From: Welwitschia mirabilis | Taxonomy: Eukaryota | Reading direction: 5' to 3' | DNA: 64,000 nucleotides | Assembly (NCBI GenBank): GCA_051453625.1 | Contig: JBOZIK010000001.1 | Span: 14,310,464-14,374,463, forward strand | Shown: piece by piece, positions 63,264 through 64,000 of the stretch | How positions within the stretch are numbered: the stretch's first letter is position 1 | How the letters are laid out: each line of letters starts with the position of its first letter | Notes under the pieces: generated by a model | What the model saw: the letters and a program-made list of their open reading frames with translations, nothing else | What the model was told of the DNA's origin: nothing | Databases searched by the model: none | Program-made: the position numbers and the translations under genes

Positions 63264-64000
63264 ATGGTAAAGGGAGGTATCCAATAAAGATTCTTTATAT
63301 TTCTACCAAGAAATGTCTAAAGAAGCTTTAGACAAATTCTCTAAGAAGTTTAAGAGGAAGCAAATATGCCAAGAAAGGGTTGTTTCCACTATAGAGCTCA
63401 GGGAACTTAGAGACATGATGCAAATTTTACAAGATCCTTATCTTTCCTACTTTTTTGATGTTTCAGACCTTCCTCCCTTTCTTCATTAGGATGTTCTACT
63501 ATAATACCTCTTATGATGCTAACAATGCAACCCTGGAAACCCTCATTTTAGGAAAGAAGATGAGGGTTACTACAAGCTACATTACTGTTGTTACTAATCT
63601 TCTGAGAGGAGATTATGATGAGTTTTGGCCTCTTTGTATCTCCATGGAAGAAAAAGCAAAAGTAATAAGGGAACTTTATGGTAAGTTTCACAGATGGAAA
63701 AGCACCTTTCTACTTCTTTCCTTACCCTAAAGTACATGTTTTTACTTATCTTTTTGGTTTATCATGATGAGACCTTTAACTATAGGATATATTTGATGTA
63801 CTTAATTGGAACTAAGCACTCTATTGATGCCCCTCCCATCATAATAAAGAATATGGCATATCCTCATTAGAGTATCATAGGACAAGGGCTCTACCTTACT
63901 TAGTGTTGATTGTCAACATCTATCATTGGTATAGAGTCCAGTTTTACCCAAAGCTAAAAAACCTTAACCCCATATTAGTCATTAAGCATGCAAAATTATC
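63264..64000 (+). pseudogene. Degenerate env-like extra ORF of the plus-strand Sirevirus (runs off the window)
   Basis: Downstream of RNaseH. LPFFIRMFYYNTSYDANNATLETLILGKKMRVTTSYITVVTNL parallels the P-IVREFYAN...T-V block at ~3360-3480. Confidence 0.65.

Overview
Very AT-rich, CpG-depleted plant nuclear DNA with many N gaps. It consists almost entirely of nested, degenerate retrotransposons. I found no intact host gene, rRNA, functional tRNA or CRISPR array. Left to right: an Athila-like LTR end (1-271, -) inserted in the gag of a pol-less Sirevirus-type Copia element (gag + env-like ORF + 3' LTR, 272-7555, +). That element interrupts the LTR of a non-autonomous Athila-like element (gag-protease plus a duplicated env-like module, no RT/INT; 7556-19579, +). 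Next come a possible tRNA-derived SINE, a very old Copia remnant and two RTE-X-like LINE fragments. A minus-strand Athila gag-pol element (about 28.1-46.8 kb) is split by a complete 8-kb non-autonomous LTR element with a perfect TATGC target-site duplication (36619-44674). Further Athila LTR/PBS remnants follow, including a solo LTR with a TSD (51177-53174). Finally, a minus-strand Sirevirus with a gag deletion (53995-61431) sits in the RT YVDD codons of a related plus-strand, env-bearing Sirevirus (61432-64000). Coding regions are pseudogenised largely by C>T/G>A transitions. I see no convincing wholly new system. The best leads are pol-less elements that keep env-like ORFs, a copy-number-variable hendecad repeat in one env-like protein, family-specific palindrome arrays and a shared non-coding block in non-autonomous Athila-like elements. 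All alignments and translations were done by eye, and boundaries without a TSD are approximate.
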